Made by a program: the position numbers and the translations under genes
The notes under the pieces: model-generated
What the model was told of the DNA's origin: nothing
Seen by the model: only the letters and a program-made list of their open reading frames with translations
Database searches by the model: none
From: Octopus vulgaris
Taxonomy: Eukaryota
Length of the DNA: 64,000 bases
Direction: 5' to 3'
NCBI GenBank assembly: GCA_951406725.2
Contig: OX597815.1
Coordinates: 144,336,001-144,400,000, forward strand
In this document: one piece after another, positions 26,185 through 40,287 of the stretch
Position numbering within the stretch: position 1 is the first letter of the stretch
How the letters are laid out: each line of letters starts with the position of its first letter

Positions 26185-26500
26185 ACATCTCCCATGACTT
26201 TCGGAAACATTTTTTCACTCTAAGAGTTGCTGAAGTATGGAACAAACTGCCGGCATCAGTTGTTAGTTGTCGGAGCACTGCATCCTTCAAAACTTACATG
26301 CTTCCTGAGATTCGCCAACACTACACCTGATTTTCTCTCCTCCATACACACACAAGCATGTATCTGACTCATACACTGTTCACTTCCCAGACATTTGTAC
26401 ATTGCTTCATATACTTTATATGCACTTTTGACAAGTTGTGGTGCACCTGAGCATTATTGTATACCTGAGCACTGTATACAATAATTTCATTATTATTATT
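26185..26500 (+). mobile_element. CR1 LINE 3' end
   Basis: HDFRKHFFTLRVAEVWNKLPASVVSCRSTASFK, followed by a short UTR and an (ATT)n tail. Confidence 0.8.
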
Positions 26501-27444
26501 TTATTTAGATCTCATTTCGTGAGATCTGTTGATTTTCATGATTTTTTCTTAAAAATCAGTAGATTCTTGTTTTATTTATTTATCTATTTATTCTTTTGTT
26601 CTTTTACTTGTTTCAGTCATTTGACTTTAGCCATGCTGGAGCACCGCTTTTAGTTGAGCAAATTGACCCCAGGACTTATTCTTTGTAAGCCTAGTACTTA
26701 TTCTATCAGTTCCTTTTGCCGAACTGCTAAGATACGGGGTACATAAATACACCAGCATTGGTTGTCAAGCGATGATGAGGAGGGGGGAACACACACATAC
26801 GCACACACATGTATACATGACGGGCTTCTTTTAGTTTCTGTCTACCAAATCCTCTCACAAGGCTTTGGTCAGCCCGAGGCTATAGTAGAAGACACTTGCC
26901 CAAGGTGCCATACAGTTGGACTGAGCTATGTCGTTGGTATGCAAGCTACTTACCACACAGCCACTCATGCGCCGATTTATTTGTTTCTTTTTTTGATGTA
27001 TTGATGAATTTTCTTAAATGATATCGTGGATTAATTTATTTTCAAAACAAGTAAAAGATAATATTGAATTTTCTTCCAGTTTCCTTTATGTGCACTGAAC
27101 AAATCTGTAAGATTGAGGCTAGTTACTATAACCACATTAGAAGTCACCTCAATTAATAAAACTTAGACCGAGACAGACATAACTACCAAGACTATGTCTT
27201 TGTCATAATTTTTGCCATCTTCTCCCTTCAAAGCTTATTTAAACTGTTTGTTTCTGGAAGCTTTTTGGCTGAAAATATTAGCTCACTTTTAGTTCCATGC
27301 CAACTTCTGTTCATATTTAACTTCAAACAATTGATTTTCTAATTCTTGTTACATTGAACAAAATGCTTTGACCTCTTCAAATCCATCTCATCTACAACAG
27401 ACTATCATCCTATGATAAAATTCCCTACTTTAAAACAATCTAAA

Positions 27445-27960
27445 TTTAAGCTAAGCCCTTCAATCCCTATGGAGCATCAACCATTGACAACCTTCTCCTC
27501 TGTTCTTGACTCTAGGCTATCTTTTTTACTTCCCTCCAATTGGATCCCTGCTTTTTCAGCTTTGCCTCATAACTCTCCCTCCATATTTATAGGGCACCAT
27601 CTTTACCACCTATCCAGTGGGTTTCAGTTCCAGGTAGTGTTAGAAGGGGAGTCTGCCTTGCAGCTTCATTTTCGAGTTTATTGTACCATGTCCTGTGTTT
27701 CCCTGAAGGAAAAGCCTTTCTCTCCCAGGTCATGTTGGTTTCCAGTTGTCATCAGTGCTTCTGTAACTTTACTTTTTCAATGTAAAGCTGTTGGCCTTAC
27801 ACAAAACCATTTTTACCTCCGGGAAGAGGTTATCCCCCCTCACCATCATTTGGCTTTTATCCTTTGACTTGTCTAGCATGGGAACCCCAACTAGGAGCTT
27901 ACAGTTCACTGGCATAGCTGTCAGGGTCACTGAGACACATGAGCCATCACCTGGTAACAT
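27445..27960 (-). mobile_element. Degraded RTE-derived non-autonomous element
   Basis: The minus strand has the RTE 5'-UTR-like gtaagctcctagttggggttcccatgctagacaagtcaaagg and the 3'-end-like atgctccatagggattgaagggcttag. Confidence 0.4.
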
Positions 27961-30384
27961 GGACTGAACCTTGTAGTGGAGTCTAATTTAGAAACTTGCA
28001 TCAAAACTTCATGTTCATTGATGTCCCAAATACCAGCTTAATAGTGAGTTATTTTACTAAATTCTCCATTTTCAAAATTAAGCAGTATATTTCAACAGAA
28101 ATAATACGGTATCAAAAGAGTTAAAGGATCATCTCAGATTGCAAAAAGAAACACCTGATATCTTCCATTTCCAAAAGTTTTCTCAACTCAGCTCAGCCTA
28201 TCCCAGCCTTCATTCCCTTATCATTTGACACATTACTGTAAAACACACACACACAGATGCTTGCAGTGTACTGTTGCAGTATATTCCTGACATTTTTTGT
28301 TATATAATTGCCTTCAAGCTGCATCATTAAACTGAAGGTGGGATTGGCTTACAGAGTTACATAGTTGGGAGCGATACAGTTGCTGGATGATTATGGTGAT
28401 GATGTTAATAATAATAATAATAATAATAATAGTAATAATAAATAGTATTAAGTGATGACACATCAGTGAGGAGCGTGATGTTGCTGATAATTGTATACAA
28501 CACTCGTTAACTTGTTAGATTAGTTACTCTAGAATGTTTTTGTAATCTCTGTGTTTGTTATGTTAAAATATCAAACATAACTTTGAAGTATTCTAGCTGT
28601 TTGCTTATCAAGACAGTTATTAATTAATCAAGTCTTAATTAAGTGATCAGTATCTTGAGTTTAGTTTTTAACTGTTTGACTGTTGTTTTACATTTTTAGA
28701 CTGACCGCCATTTATAAACAAATGATAAAACAATCAGTAAACGGGACTGCTATGTAGTTTGCTCAAATGGCTAGACATAGTAGCCAAATCTCCCTTAAAA
28801 CCATACCCAACAACTGTTTTGAAAAAGAAAAAGGACACATTAGATAATGTAGTCTTAGATATAGTCTATCTAGAATTAAATTAAAAAAAATAATGGGCTC
28901 GTCATGATTGGAATGCATTTGATTATTGGTCACTCCATTAAGGGTTGACTTAGGATTAAACAACAGAACAAAATAATTTCAATTTTTTGTTATTTTGTGT
29001 CTTAACAAATTTGGGTTTTTGAATACCCTGCTGACCCTTCACCCTTATTTTTTCTCTTAGTGTGTTGAGAGTATGCTTTCTTTCATTCAGTGGCTCTCAG
29101 CTGGGTTCCATATGACCCAGGGGTCTCTGTATAAGATTTTAGCAGGGTCCAAGCAAACAAAGTAGTAAATGGGGGACCTAAGTATTTTAGGGGTCCTTGA
29201 AAAATGTTTGCTTTGGATGTATTTTTTGCAAGAGACAACTAAGTTTCTTTCTTTAATGTTTTAAATAGTTCAACGTGCTTCCAGCCACTGAAATGTGTTT
29301 TCTCAGAGAGTTCTAGAGCAAACCTATGCAAATGAACGGGTGAAAAACAAAATCGGAATTTTGAAAGAAGTATTTTAAAAATTAGTTTTTAAGCACCATT
29401 TGGCTATGGGGGTCCACCAGAGTAAAATAACCAAGAGGACAGTGTCCCTGAAGTTTGTAGAGTGTCCTGGACCAGTAACATCGATATAATTGATGTCCAG
29501 CTTCAACATCTGGAGTTCAGCATCTTTCTCTCTCTTTGATCAGTGACATTAAGTTAATGTCTTGTCTCAACAATTGCAAGATATTGTCTTTTTGGCCAGT
29601 GATATTGATGTCCATCCTCAACATCTTTAGGTCAATGTCTCCCAGACCAGTGACATTGGTGTGGCTGATGCCCAGTTGCAATACCTGCAGGCAAAATATG
29701 ATCAGATCTGGTACAGACACATTAACGGAATAAACTCTGTTGATGACACCCAATGCTCAGGTAATAGAGGTGGTATTAATTTAAGTGAACCATAAAATAT
29801 ATTTGGGAAGAGAATTTTTGTTTATTCTGAACAGAAGCAGTCATTTCCTGAATATCTTCCAAACCTCTTGGCATTCAGTGATACATTGTTTACACTGTGT
29901 CTGACCTCAGTGCTAATTATATCGGTTTAATTATTGATGTTCATCTTCTATCATATGTGAACCATCAGAAAGACCAATCTTGAAGTGATTCTGGCCTAGT
30001 TAGGCTGTTATGATCACCATTATCACAAATACAGCACTTCTTTACAAATCCACTCTTTAATCTGCAGGAAATGATATGGTGCCTGTGAAACGGCCAAATG
30101 CTTGTGATTTTGTGCATTCAAAGACTTAAATTTACTGGAACATAAAACAATGGAAGCCATTCATTACTTGTTATGGATGTTGTTTAGATACAGTTTGAAC
30201 CAGGTCAAGTAGGTATTCATTATTTATTGTATCCTTTATTTAAGGTAGTATAGTGCAATTTTGGGGATATTTGGCTGCTATTTCTAACACCTAAAGTGAC
30301 CACATACAAACTCCATCATTAACTTACACATTTATTCAGTTTTAAGTGTTAGTCTATCTGTTGTGTAGAAGTCATGTGTTCCTT

Positions 30385-30784
30385 GCTTTTAATTCCAGTT
30401 TAATGAAGAATTTGGTAACATAATCTTGTTATTAAAGCTGGTTTTTGGAACATAAATTGATATAAAAGTTTGATAGGCTTTGATTTATTCCTTTATTCCA
30501 TTTGCATTCAAACTGGCCATATCCAGTCAGAATAGTTTACCTGTTGAAGATGATGATGACTGGCTATATCTAGCCTCTCACACATCTACAATGTCATTCT
30601 AAAAATATACAGTCATATCAAAAATCTCAAAGCTACAAGATAGTTAATTTTTAAAAATTCAAAACAATGTGATTAAATATGTATTACACTTGACTGCGCA
30701 ATCTGAATACTAATAGGTTAAAACAAGATGTTTGTATCTGGAATCGGGGTTTGTCTCAAGGTGGGTTGGTATTGAAAAGGTTAA
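30385..30784. mobile_element. piggyBac-like MITE family P2 with a nested P1 copy (30492-30722)
   Basis: Ends ...gttggtattgaaaaggTTAA. P2 copies also at ~27995-28123, 32230-32410 (TTAAccattttgataccaacc) and 58857-59810. Confidence 0.55.
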
Positions 30785-30989
30785 GCCATAATTTGGCAGT
30801 TATTGCAGATCAAAGATGACTGAGAGATAAAGAATTGGTGTGAATAAAAAGCTAAACACGATATTTGGACATAATTACTGAAGGAGTCTGGAGAGTGCAA
30901 ACAATCATGTCTTTCACCAGCAAATTGTTTTATGGTCTTTCCTTTAACCTTTTACTACTTACAGTTGTGTATCATAATTGATCTGGCAA

Positions 30990-31675
30990 CAGAGAAGACC
31001 TGGCAAGCCAAGTGAGACTATAGCCATAGGCAATATGCTGTGCTTGAGAAGACCTGTTAAATCCAGTGAAATTGTTGTCGTGGTTGATGCCAGTGCTGTC
31101 TGACTTGCACCTATGCTGGTGGCACATAAAAAGCACCATTCAAGTGTAGTTGATGCCAGTGCCACCTGACTGGCTCCCATGCTGGTGGCACATAAAAAGC
31201 ATCATTCAAGCGTGGTTGATGCCAATGCTGCCTGACTGGCTCCTATGCCGGTGGCACATAAAAAGCACCATTCAAGCATGGTTGATGCCAGTGCTGTCTG
31301 ACTGGCTCCCGTGCTGGTGGCACATAAAAAGCACCATTCAAGCGTGGTTGATGCCAATGCCACCTGACTGGCTCCCATGCCAGTGGCACGTAAAAAGCAC
31401 CATTCAAGCGTGATCAATGCCAGTACCGCCTGACTGGCTCCCATGCTGGTGGCACATAAAAAAGCTCCATTCAAGTGTGGTTGATGCCAATGCTGCCTGA
31501 CTGGCTCCTGTAAAAGCACCCACTACACCCTTGGAGTGGTTGGTATGAGGAAGGACATCCAGCTGAGAAACTTTGCCAGATCAGATTGGAGCCTTGTGCA
31601 ACCTCCTGGCTTGCCAGTCCTCAGTCAAACTGTCCAACCCATACCAGCAGATATCAAATGTTAATGATGATGATA
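30990..31675 (+). mobile_element. Family B tail with an expanded 66-bp tandem array (31081-~31510, ~6.5 units)
   Basis: Unit tggttgatgccagtgctgcctgactggctcccatgctggtggcacataaaaagcaccattcaagcg, starting at 31081, 31147, 31213, 31279, 31345, 31411 and 31478. Confidence 0.9.
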
Positions 31676-32740
31676 ATCACTTCAGTTGTTAATTCCTTTC
31701 CCACTATAACATATTTTATGACACCTCACTACACTTAATGCTCGATGCTTCCATCAGACTAAACAGCATTGATTCTTTTATTATCAACCATAATTCTTGA
31801 TACTAAGCTACTTCAGACTGCTCCTGCTTCTATGATATAAAAGCATTGGTATAAAAGTACTGGTGATGGTTCTGCATAAAAAACTCTCAATACACTCTGT
31901 AAAGTGGTTGGCATTAGGAAGGGAATCCAGCCATAGAAACCATGCCAAAACAGGAACCTGGTGCTGCCTCCTGGCCTTGTCCAACCTATACCAGTATGGA
32001 GAATGGATGTTAAATGATGATGATGAGTTTGTTTGTTTTTAAAACTTAAACGATTGCAGTATTTAATCCTAAATAGAGAAAGATTAAATAGAGCTTTCGA
32101 GATGATAGTGATGCTCAGATTTATGGGATTTGCATAATTTTTATTTGTAATGTTTGGTGATTATTTTTCCAAGATCTTCCAGATAATAAGACTACTCTTT
32201 CAAAAGAAAAAGGAAAAGATATTCAGTAGTTAACCATTTTGATACCAACCTACCTGAGGTTGCACCTGGTTCTATGATACAAACTTCCTGTTTTAAAGTG
32301 GTCTAAATTAAATCTTTCCATCAAAATTTCATGTTAATTTATATTCCAAACACGAGTTTAATAATAACACAATTATTTTACTAAATTCTTCATTATTTTA
32401 AAAATTAATTGGGACATTTCTATGTGGTTGTTTATTAAGCTAGAAATAGCAAGGATGATGTGGGTTATATTTGAAAGCCTATAACATACCAAGCAGGCAT
32501 ACCAACAAATTCACTGCTGAATTTCTTTTTTCCAGTAACTTGAAATCATCTTCAGATTAGGTGCGGGTAATTTGAAAGTGATTTCATCCTCGTCCTTATC
32601 ATTTCACATTATCTCAAATCCTTCCTCAAATGTTCATCACCTTGCTGGAAAAATAAACTTTGTTTTCTGTGTGTGTGTGTGTGCGCACATTAGGTATACA
32701 TGTGTACTTTACAGAAAAAGTGTTAAACATCAACTTTGTT

Positions 32741-33126
32741 GGAGGAGTGGCTGTGTGGTAAGTAGCTTGCTTACGAATCACATGGTTCCAGGTTCACTCC
32801 AACTGTGTGGCACCTTGGGCAAGTGTCTTCTACTATAGCCTCGGGCCGACTAAAGCCTTGTGAGTGGATTTGGTAGACAGAAACTGAAAGAAGCCCATCG
32901 TATATATGTATATATATATACATGTGTGTCTGTGTTTGTCCCCACAACATCGTTTGACAACCGATGTTGGTGTCTTTATGTCCCTGCAACTTAACGGTTT
33001 GGCAAAAGAGACCGATAGAATAAGTACTAGGCTTACAAAGAATAAGTCCTGGGGTCGATTTGCTCAACTAAAGGCGGTGCTCCAGCATGGCCACAGTCAA
33101 ATGACTAAAACAAGTAAAAGAGTAAA
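32741..33126 (+). mobile_element. SINE family A, full length
   Basis: Same structure as 152-563; also 52660-53050(+). Confidence 0.9.
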
Positions 33127-34341
33127 GTGCATAAATATATTATTTTGTATAATAAATGTGTATGAAATATTTTGTTTTGTATAGAAATATATTTCATTTA
33201 CATGTCTGTGTATTAATATATTTTTTGTATAATATGTATTCTGATTGATTTGTTACTAAAAAAATTGGAGGCTCAGAATCTCGTGTTTGTTTTAAAGGCA
33301 TCATAAAAATGTTAGTTATATCTATTAGAATCATCCGTAAGTTTTCCAATACATCCCCTGTGTAACTTATTTCTTTTCCATCAATGTATTTGTACATTTT
33401 AATATTAATAGTATTTAGATGCAGCACAAAATTTTGTCAGTGAACAGGTCATGGTCTCAAAGCGACGAAAATATTTTGACAAATTAAATTTAAATATTGA
33501 AGTGAATTTAATGGTTTTTGTGTGTTTTTAAATGGCTTATAAACACTTTCCACACTGCAGTATTAATAACCTTATATAAATACACAACTACAGACATACA
33601 GAGATGGGAAATGATATTTTTTTTATTCCTGTTCTTGATATGAACAGTGGAGGTTCCAGCAAAGAATTTAACTATTTGGAAATAAAGTAGAGATGGAGAT
33701 GGAAATGGATAGAGAAGGCTGTAAGACATTAAAAAAATGCTATCTCACAGTTTAAGATTTTGAAAAATGTTTGCAATTAATTAAACTTAATCATTTCTAC
33801 AGCTGTTTCTACAGCTGGATGCGTTAGGAAGGGCATCCAGCTGTAGAAACACTGCCACATCTGACTGGCCTGGTGCAGCCTTCGGGCTTCCCAGACCCCA
33901 GTTGAACCGTCCAACCCATGCTAGCATGGAAAGCGGACGTTAAACGATGATGATGATGATGATGATGATGATTTAGCTTTATGGGTTGCCTTTCCAGGTA
34001 CCAAGCCTTTTGGTTGCTTCTTGAGACACAAGAATATGTACACCTATTCTGAAAACCAGAAATCTTTAACATCAGCTCTGCATCATCCCTTATAAAAGTG
34101 CCATAATATTTTAAGTTCAAGTACTTTGTTGGGTCAATTTCCTAATGAGATACCACCTGTAGGATTGTGGAGATGAGGTTCAATTGATTATTCAGTATTT
34201 GATTAAAATTTTGGACTCTGTTGTTGGACATGGTCTTCTGTTAAAATGGCCAGGCATCTTCAACTTGAGGAGTGGAGTTAACAGAGAGAAACTGAATGAA
34301 AGCCATTGTGTGTGTGTGTGTGTGTGTGTGTGTATACACAT

Positions 34342-35010
34342 TATCATCATAGTTGTTTAATGTCTGTTTTCCATGTTGGTATGGGTTGGACAGTTTGACT
34401 GAGGACTGGCGAGCCAGAAGGCTGCACCAGGCTCCAATCTGATCTAGCAAAGTTTCTACAGCTGGGTGTCCTTATGCCAACCACTCCGAGAGTTTAGTGG
34501 ATGCTTTTACATGTCACTAGCATGAGTGCCAGTTTGTCGGTACTGGCAACGGCCATGCTCAAAAGGTGTTTTTACGTGCCACCTGCATGGGAGCCAGTCC
34601 GGTGCCATTGGCAATGACCACGCTCGAATGTTGTTTTTCACATGCTATCGGCACATGTGCCAGTAAGGTGATGCTGGCAACGATCACACTTAAATGGTGC
34701 TTTTTACATGCCACCAGTCAACGGCCCTGGCATCAATCATGCTCAGATGGTGCTTTTAATGTTCCAAAGGCACAAGTGCCAATCAGGCGGTACTGTCATT
34801 GGCCATGTCAGTGATTTTGATTTCACTTGCCTCAACAGGTCTTTGCAAGCAGAGTTCATTGTGCAATGAATGAGGAGTACTCATAAGTGGGCTGGTTATA
34901 CACCACTGGCATAGGCCACAAGGTAATGGTCTCACTTGGCTTACCGGGTCTTCTCAAGCACAGCATGTCTCCAAAAATCTTGGTCACTAGTCATTGCCTC
35001 GGTGAGATAC
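34342..35010 (-). mobile_element. Long family B copy (nearly the whole LINE 3' UTR)
   Basis: Colinear with 7735-8400. Further copies at 16498-16840, 25550-26050, 33822-33971 and 62520-62930. Confidence 0.9.
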
Positions 35011-35689
35011 AATTCAACACGTGCAGCTGCTAATCTAGACATATTTTTCCCCCACTCTCCATCTATTTTCTCTTCCATTTTTCCTGGGTTTCAAAGTAAT
35101 ACACCTTGTTTGTTACTCCTTCACTTGCCTCTGTCTTTTGTTTTTTGTACAACTTTGAACCATAAATTTACATATATGTATATATATATGTGTGTGTTTG
35201 TGTGTACTATTGTGTACATATATACATATTCTCTGTGTGTATTTGTGTAGACATCATACAATGGTCGTAGATGAGCATGGTTGTCATATGAGTGAGGTTG
35301 TTCATTACTATCCTTCTGTAAAATACAAGTCTAAGACATTTACCACCACCACCACAAAGACAATTACTTCTGAGGATAACAGATGATGATTTAAAATTTC
35401 TTAATATATTGGAGAATGGGTAATTAACCAAGCAGGGTAATTGTTCTAGGAGGTAGTGGTCGTAGGGGGTAACTGTCCTGATACAGTAAAATACATGCCC
35501 AGCTATGGGAAAATATTTCCTTGTTTGGAAACAGGTGAGGGTTGGCAACAAGGCAGGCATCCAGCCATAGAAAATCTGTTTCAACAAATTCCATCTGATC
35601 CATGAAAGCATGGAAAGGTGGACATTAAATGATGATGATGATGATATATTTTAAACACTTACCACTTTACTATTTTAATTTCCTTTCAG

Positions 35690-35803
35690 ATTCCTCATAT
35701 ACTCCAAATGTTTCAACTCTCTTGTAATACTTACATCAAGTACTGAAGAATGTGGCAGCTTCTGAGAGCTTGTGTCTCTCAGTTGAATCACAAAACATAC
35801 CAG
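35690..35803 (+). other. Candidate 114-nt exon; possible coding start MWQLLRACVSQLNHKTYQ (ATG at 35750, phase 0)
   Basis: Acceptor tttcctttcag|A and perfect donor CAG|GTAAGT. Confidence 0.55.
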
Positions 35804-36479
35804 GTAAGTTACAGGTTTTCTTTTATTTTTTTACTTGTTTCTCATTTGACTGTGGCCATGCTACGGCACTGCCTTTAGTCGAACAATTTGACTTCAGGGC
35901 TTATTCTTTGTAAGCCTAGTATTTATTTTATTGGTCTCTTTTGCTGAACTGCTTAGTTACAAATACAGTTGTCAAGCAATGGTGGTGGGGATAAAAACAC
36001 ACATACAATCACACGACGGGCTTCTTTTAGTTTCCGTCTACCAAATCCACTCGCAAGGCTTGGGTCGGCCTGAGGCTATAGTAGAAGACACTTGTCTAAG
36101 GAGCCGCACTGTGGGATGCTTTCTTTGCTAGCTTGAGTTGGTTGGGTTTGCCATAGACAGTCAGTACATATTCGGTAATACCTACTTGAAATGGATTAGA
36201 AGGACTGCAGTCTGTTTGCTTCATTTTTGGTTGATTTTCTACAGTTGGATACCCTTTCTAATACCAACCTCCTTTACAGAGTGTACTGGATACTTTTTCA
36301 TGGCATCAGCACCAGAGAGGTCGCCATGTCTTGCACAAGACTAAAAGCACCTCATTTCCTTGCACTTTGCAGAATGTATTGAATGCAATTTTTGCAACAC
36401 CAGCACAAAAGAAGTCATTGTGTTCTCAATGTGACTATCAGTATTCAATTACCCAGAAAGCTCATAAGAAGTAATTAGT

Positions 36480-36810
36480 AATCAGCAGTGGAGGTGAGTG
36501 TTATGGAATCATTGTTACCAGAATAAGGATGATTGGAAATTTTCCAGGGAGACATTAACCTCTGTTGACTGCAGAAGGATTCTCCCTCCCTCTCCTTGTC
36601 AAGTGTAGATGCTATGATACTGGTGTCCGATGTGTGATCATACATTGTAGTGAAACCTGGATGGTGAGAGCTGAGGATACATGTTGGCAGGAAAGAAATG
36701 ATGTGAATCTGGTCTGTTGGATGTTTAATGTGACTGAAAGAACACAGGTGTGACAAAAGGAATACTGGGAATTAGAGGAATCAGATGTAATGTATAGGAG
36801 AGGAGATGGC
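36480..36810 (+). mobile_element. Old RTE/RTEX ORF fragment
   Basis: KCRCYDTGVRCVIIHCSETWMVRAED..ERNDVNLVCWMFNV is homologous to the LYDACVRTAMLHGSETWAVTAED region of the 8549-9184 ORF. Confidence 0.7.
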
Positions 36811-37219
36811 TTTCAGAATTCCTCCTGTCGGTAATCTGCATATTGTTGCTTTATTAGTGATATGTCCTTAATTTAGCTCTCTCAGGTAACAGATGAGTAA
36901 GACAACAACCACTCTGGAACTTGTACAACAAAAATCACCCTCTACACACTTTACAGTGGTTGTCATATAAACAATGAAAGCATAGGGTCGTGAGATCCCC
37001 CTTAGTCCAGTCTTGTTAAGGGTCATTCAACCTCACTAGTGTTGCAGTGTATGGGAGCAGCAGCGCCTACTAAAAATGGATCAAGTCCTAATGAACCAAC
37101 ACACGCAGTGTAGAAAGCAAATGTAAAATTGTAAATTAATGATTATGGTGTAATGTGTCCTGTTGTTACAAGTTAGATATTTTTTTGTGACAGTTTTTGC
37201 TAAGTGATTATATAACTTA

Positions 37220-38086
37220 CTAGCTGGCTCTGTGCCATCAAAAATGACACCTAATTATAGTATTATATTTGTTTTATATCCTTGATACACGCGGGTGATA
37301 ATTATTTTCTCTAATCAGTTTGTATAGGTGTGTGTGGTTGTAATAATTATTTTTAGCAAAAAGACAGAATATGGATGGTAAATCAAATTAATACGCATGT
37401 CAATGTTATCCAGTGGATGTCTTTTGAGATGTGACATTGATCATCATTTATTACTGAAAGAATGTCGGTTAGTTAATGTATAGTTACTGGGTAAAAATTT
37501 CTTAATATAAATAAATTAATGACATGTGTAAACTGTTAAATTAAGATGTGTATTTATAATATACCTTTCAACTGCAGTTGTTTTATATTCTTGATACTTT
37601 CAGGCAATAATTATTTTCTCTAATGAGTTTGTATATGTATATGTTTGTGTAGGTGTGTGTGATAGTAATAATTATTTCTAACAAAACAGAATATGGATGG
37701 TATTTCAAATTAATACACACGTCAATGTTATCTAGTGGTTGCTGTTTGAGATGTGACATCGATCATCGCTTGTTACTGAAAGAACATTGGTTCACACGTA
37801 CAAACATTCACATACTTCCCTTGTACATACTCACACAGAGTTGAAATGCTGTTTGATTTTTCTTTTCAGCGCTGAATGTCCACCATCCCACTTCTATTAC
37901 ACACACACACACAAACATTCACATACCTCCCTTTTACATACACACGCTTATACTCACACAGAGTTGAAATGCTGTTTGATTTTTCTTTTTCATCGTAGAA
38001 TTTCCATCATCTCACTACTGGTTTGCCATCACTCCATCCTTTCTCATTCATATGTTGTGATGTAGAAAGAGTATTATTATAGTAGA
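37220..38086 (-). mobile_element. Non-autonomous Helitron
   Basis: Minus strand: 5' TC(TACTATAATAA), 3' CTAG, inserted between A and T with no TSD. Subterminal hairpin GTGTCAT-TTTTG-ATGGCAC at 37232-37250; internal direct duplications. Confidence 0.8.
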
Positions 38087-39332
38087 TAACCTGTCCTAGG
38101 AGTGCTACCATATTGATTTGTAAATATTATAGTTGTCTAATTAGTCAGACTGTCATACATTACAATTAGGTGCCTTTATGTTGTTCTTCAGACTGCTAGG
38201 AATAGGAGCGAAATTTCCCTCAGATTACATTCTGTTGTCTAAGAAACAAAGAGAGAAAACGTTTGATAATGCAGTGTAATACCGTCATTGTTTTAATGTT
38301 AGTTTTTCTAGGCTCAGAAGGGTCAAATGTAATTTATTGAGGGAGATTTTCTAATCAGAAACCTTTCCCGTTGCCAACCCTCTCCTGTTTCCAAACAAGT
38401 TCAGGTTTCCTCATGACCAGACATGTTTTAATGAAAGATTGGACGCTGTTTGCATGCACTGAGTACATTGTGTAAAGTGGTTGGCGTTAATAAGGGCAAC
38501 AAGCCATAGAAACCATGACTGGCACCTGGTGCAACCCTCTGGCTTGCCAGCTTCTGTCAAACTGTCCAACCCATGCCCGCATGGAAAATAGACGTTAAAT
38601 GATGATGAGAATGGTGATGATGAAGGTGCAGGCATGGTTGTGTGGTAAGAAGTTTGCTTCCCAACCACATGATTCCAGGTTCAGTCCCACAGTGTGACAC
38701 CTTGGGCAAGTGTCTTCTATAGTCCTGAGTGGATTTGGTTGACGGAAACTGAAAGAAGCCTGTTGAGGATTTTGCCTTGGAAGGTACTTGGTGACCCTGT
38801 CAGTGCAGGTACCATGTAAAAAGCACTTGTGCTGGTGCCACGTAAAAAACACTGGTGCTGGTACCATGTAAAAAATGCTAGTGCTGGTACCACATAAAAA
38901 GCATCAGTGCTGGTGCCATATGGTGCTATGTAAAAAGTACCTGTGCTGGTGCCACATAAAAGCACCCAGTACACTTGGTAAAGTGTTTGGCATTAGGGAT
39001 GGCATCCAGCTGTAGAAACCATGCTAAAACAGACAGTTGGAGCCTGGTATAGGTCTCTGGCTTGACAGCTCCTGTCAAACTGTCCAACCCATGCCAGCAT
39101 GAAAAACAGACATCAAATGATTGTGATGATTTCCAGATTCACCCCACCATCCTCCCCTCTAAAATGTGAGTAGTCATGTTGCTTCTCTGCTTCAAGAAAC
39201 CTGTTATGCTCTGGCCCTTTCACTCTTGCTCTTTTACCCCATACTTTCGCAGCACAATGTTGCCTTTCCCTATTTGGGTTCATATTCTTGTAAGTTGCAC
39301 AGTGACCTCACTATTGTTGGTGGTATAATAAA

Positions 39333-39565
39333 AGGCAGCGAGCTGGCAGAAACGTTAGCGTGCTGGGTGAAATGCTTAGCGGTATTTCGTCTGCTGCTAC
39401 GTTCTGAGTTCAAATTCCGCCAAGGTTGACCTCGTCTTTCATCTTTTTGGAGTCGATTAAATAAGTACCAGTTACACACTGGGGTCAATATAATCGACTT
39501 AATCCGTTTGTCTGTCCTTGTTTGTCCTCTCTGTATTTAGCCCCTTGAGGGTAGTAAAGAAATAA
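39333..39565 (+). mobile_element. SINE family C
   Basis: Full copy with tail ...agccccttgagggtagtaaagaaata. Confidence 0.9.
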
Positions 39566-40287
39566 GTATAATAAAAGCACTCTGTAAAATAGTTGGCATT
39601 AGCAAGGACATCCAGTCATGGAGACCATGCTAAAGCACATACTGGAGCATAATACAGTCCTTGAATCCTTCAGATTTTGTCAAGCTGTCCAATCCATGAT
39701 AGCATAGAATTTGGATGTTCAATGATGATGTCTGTTAAGATATTTGATTTCTAGCATTAGTACAAGAGTGTAAAATCTGGACCCCAGTACTTGATTGGCA
39801 TTTTATTCTATTGACCTTTTGATTGATTAAAAGCAACATTGACTTTGTTGAGATTTGAACCCTGAATGTTAAGGTCTAACTAAACCTGCAGAATATTTTG
39901 TCTGTCACTCCACCCTTTCTACTAATCCACTCCACCCCCTTCACTTCTTGGATATTAAATGTTTAGATATTTACATCATGTAATTGACCAGGTTATTGGA
40001 TGTTGTTGCACATTGCTGGTCACAATGCTCCTTGCATCGTTTTAGCTTTTGAATGATGCCTCCCCACTGGCTAAGTGAGCAGGCTGACATTCCCCCCTGA
40101 TCAGAAGTCTGGTCTATTGCAGGGTGACATGTTTACAGTTGAGTGGACTGGAACAATGTGAAATGAAGTGTTTTGCTCAAGAACAGAATGTAGCACTCAA
40201 TCCAAGAATCAAACACATGATCTAGTCATTATAAATGCAATATCTGAATCACCAGGTCACATGCCTTCAGATATTATTATCAAATCT

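Noticed and set aside
29440-29760. Minus-strand ORF LQVLQLGISHTNVTGLGDIDLKMLRMDINI...
   Set aside because: It weakly resembles a decayed RTE endonuclease N-terminus, but the evidence is too thin to call it either a TE or an exon.
31081-31510. CRISPR-like appearance (hairpin repeat GGTGGCACATAAAAAGCACC with ~40-bp intervals); also at 7900-8200
   Set aside because: The intervals are homologous to each other, the context is a eukaryotic LINE 3' UTR, and there are no cas genes.
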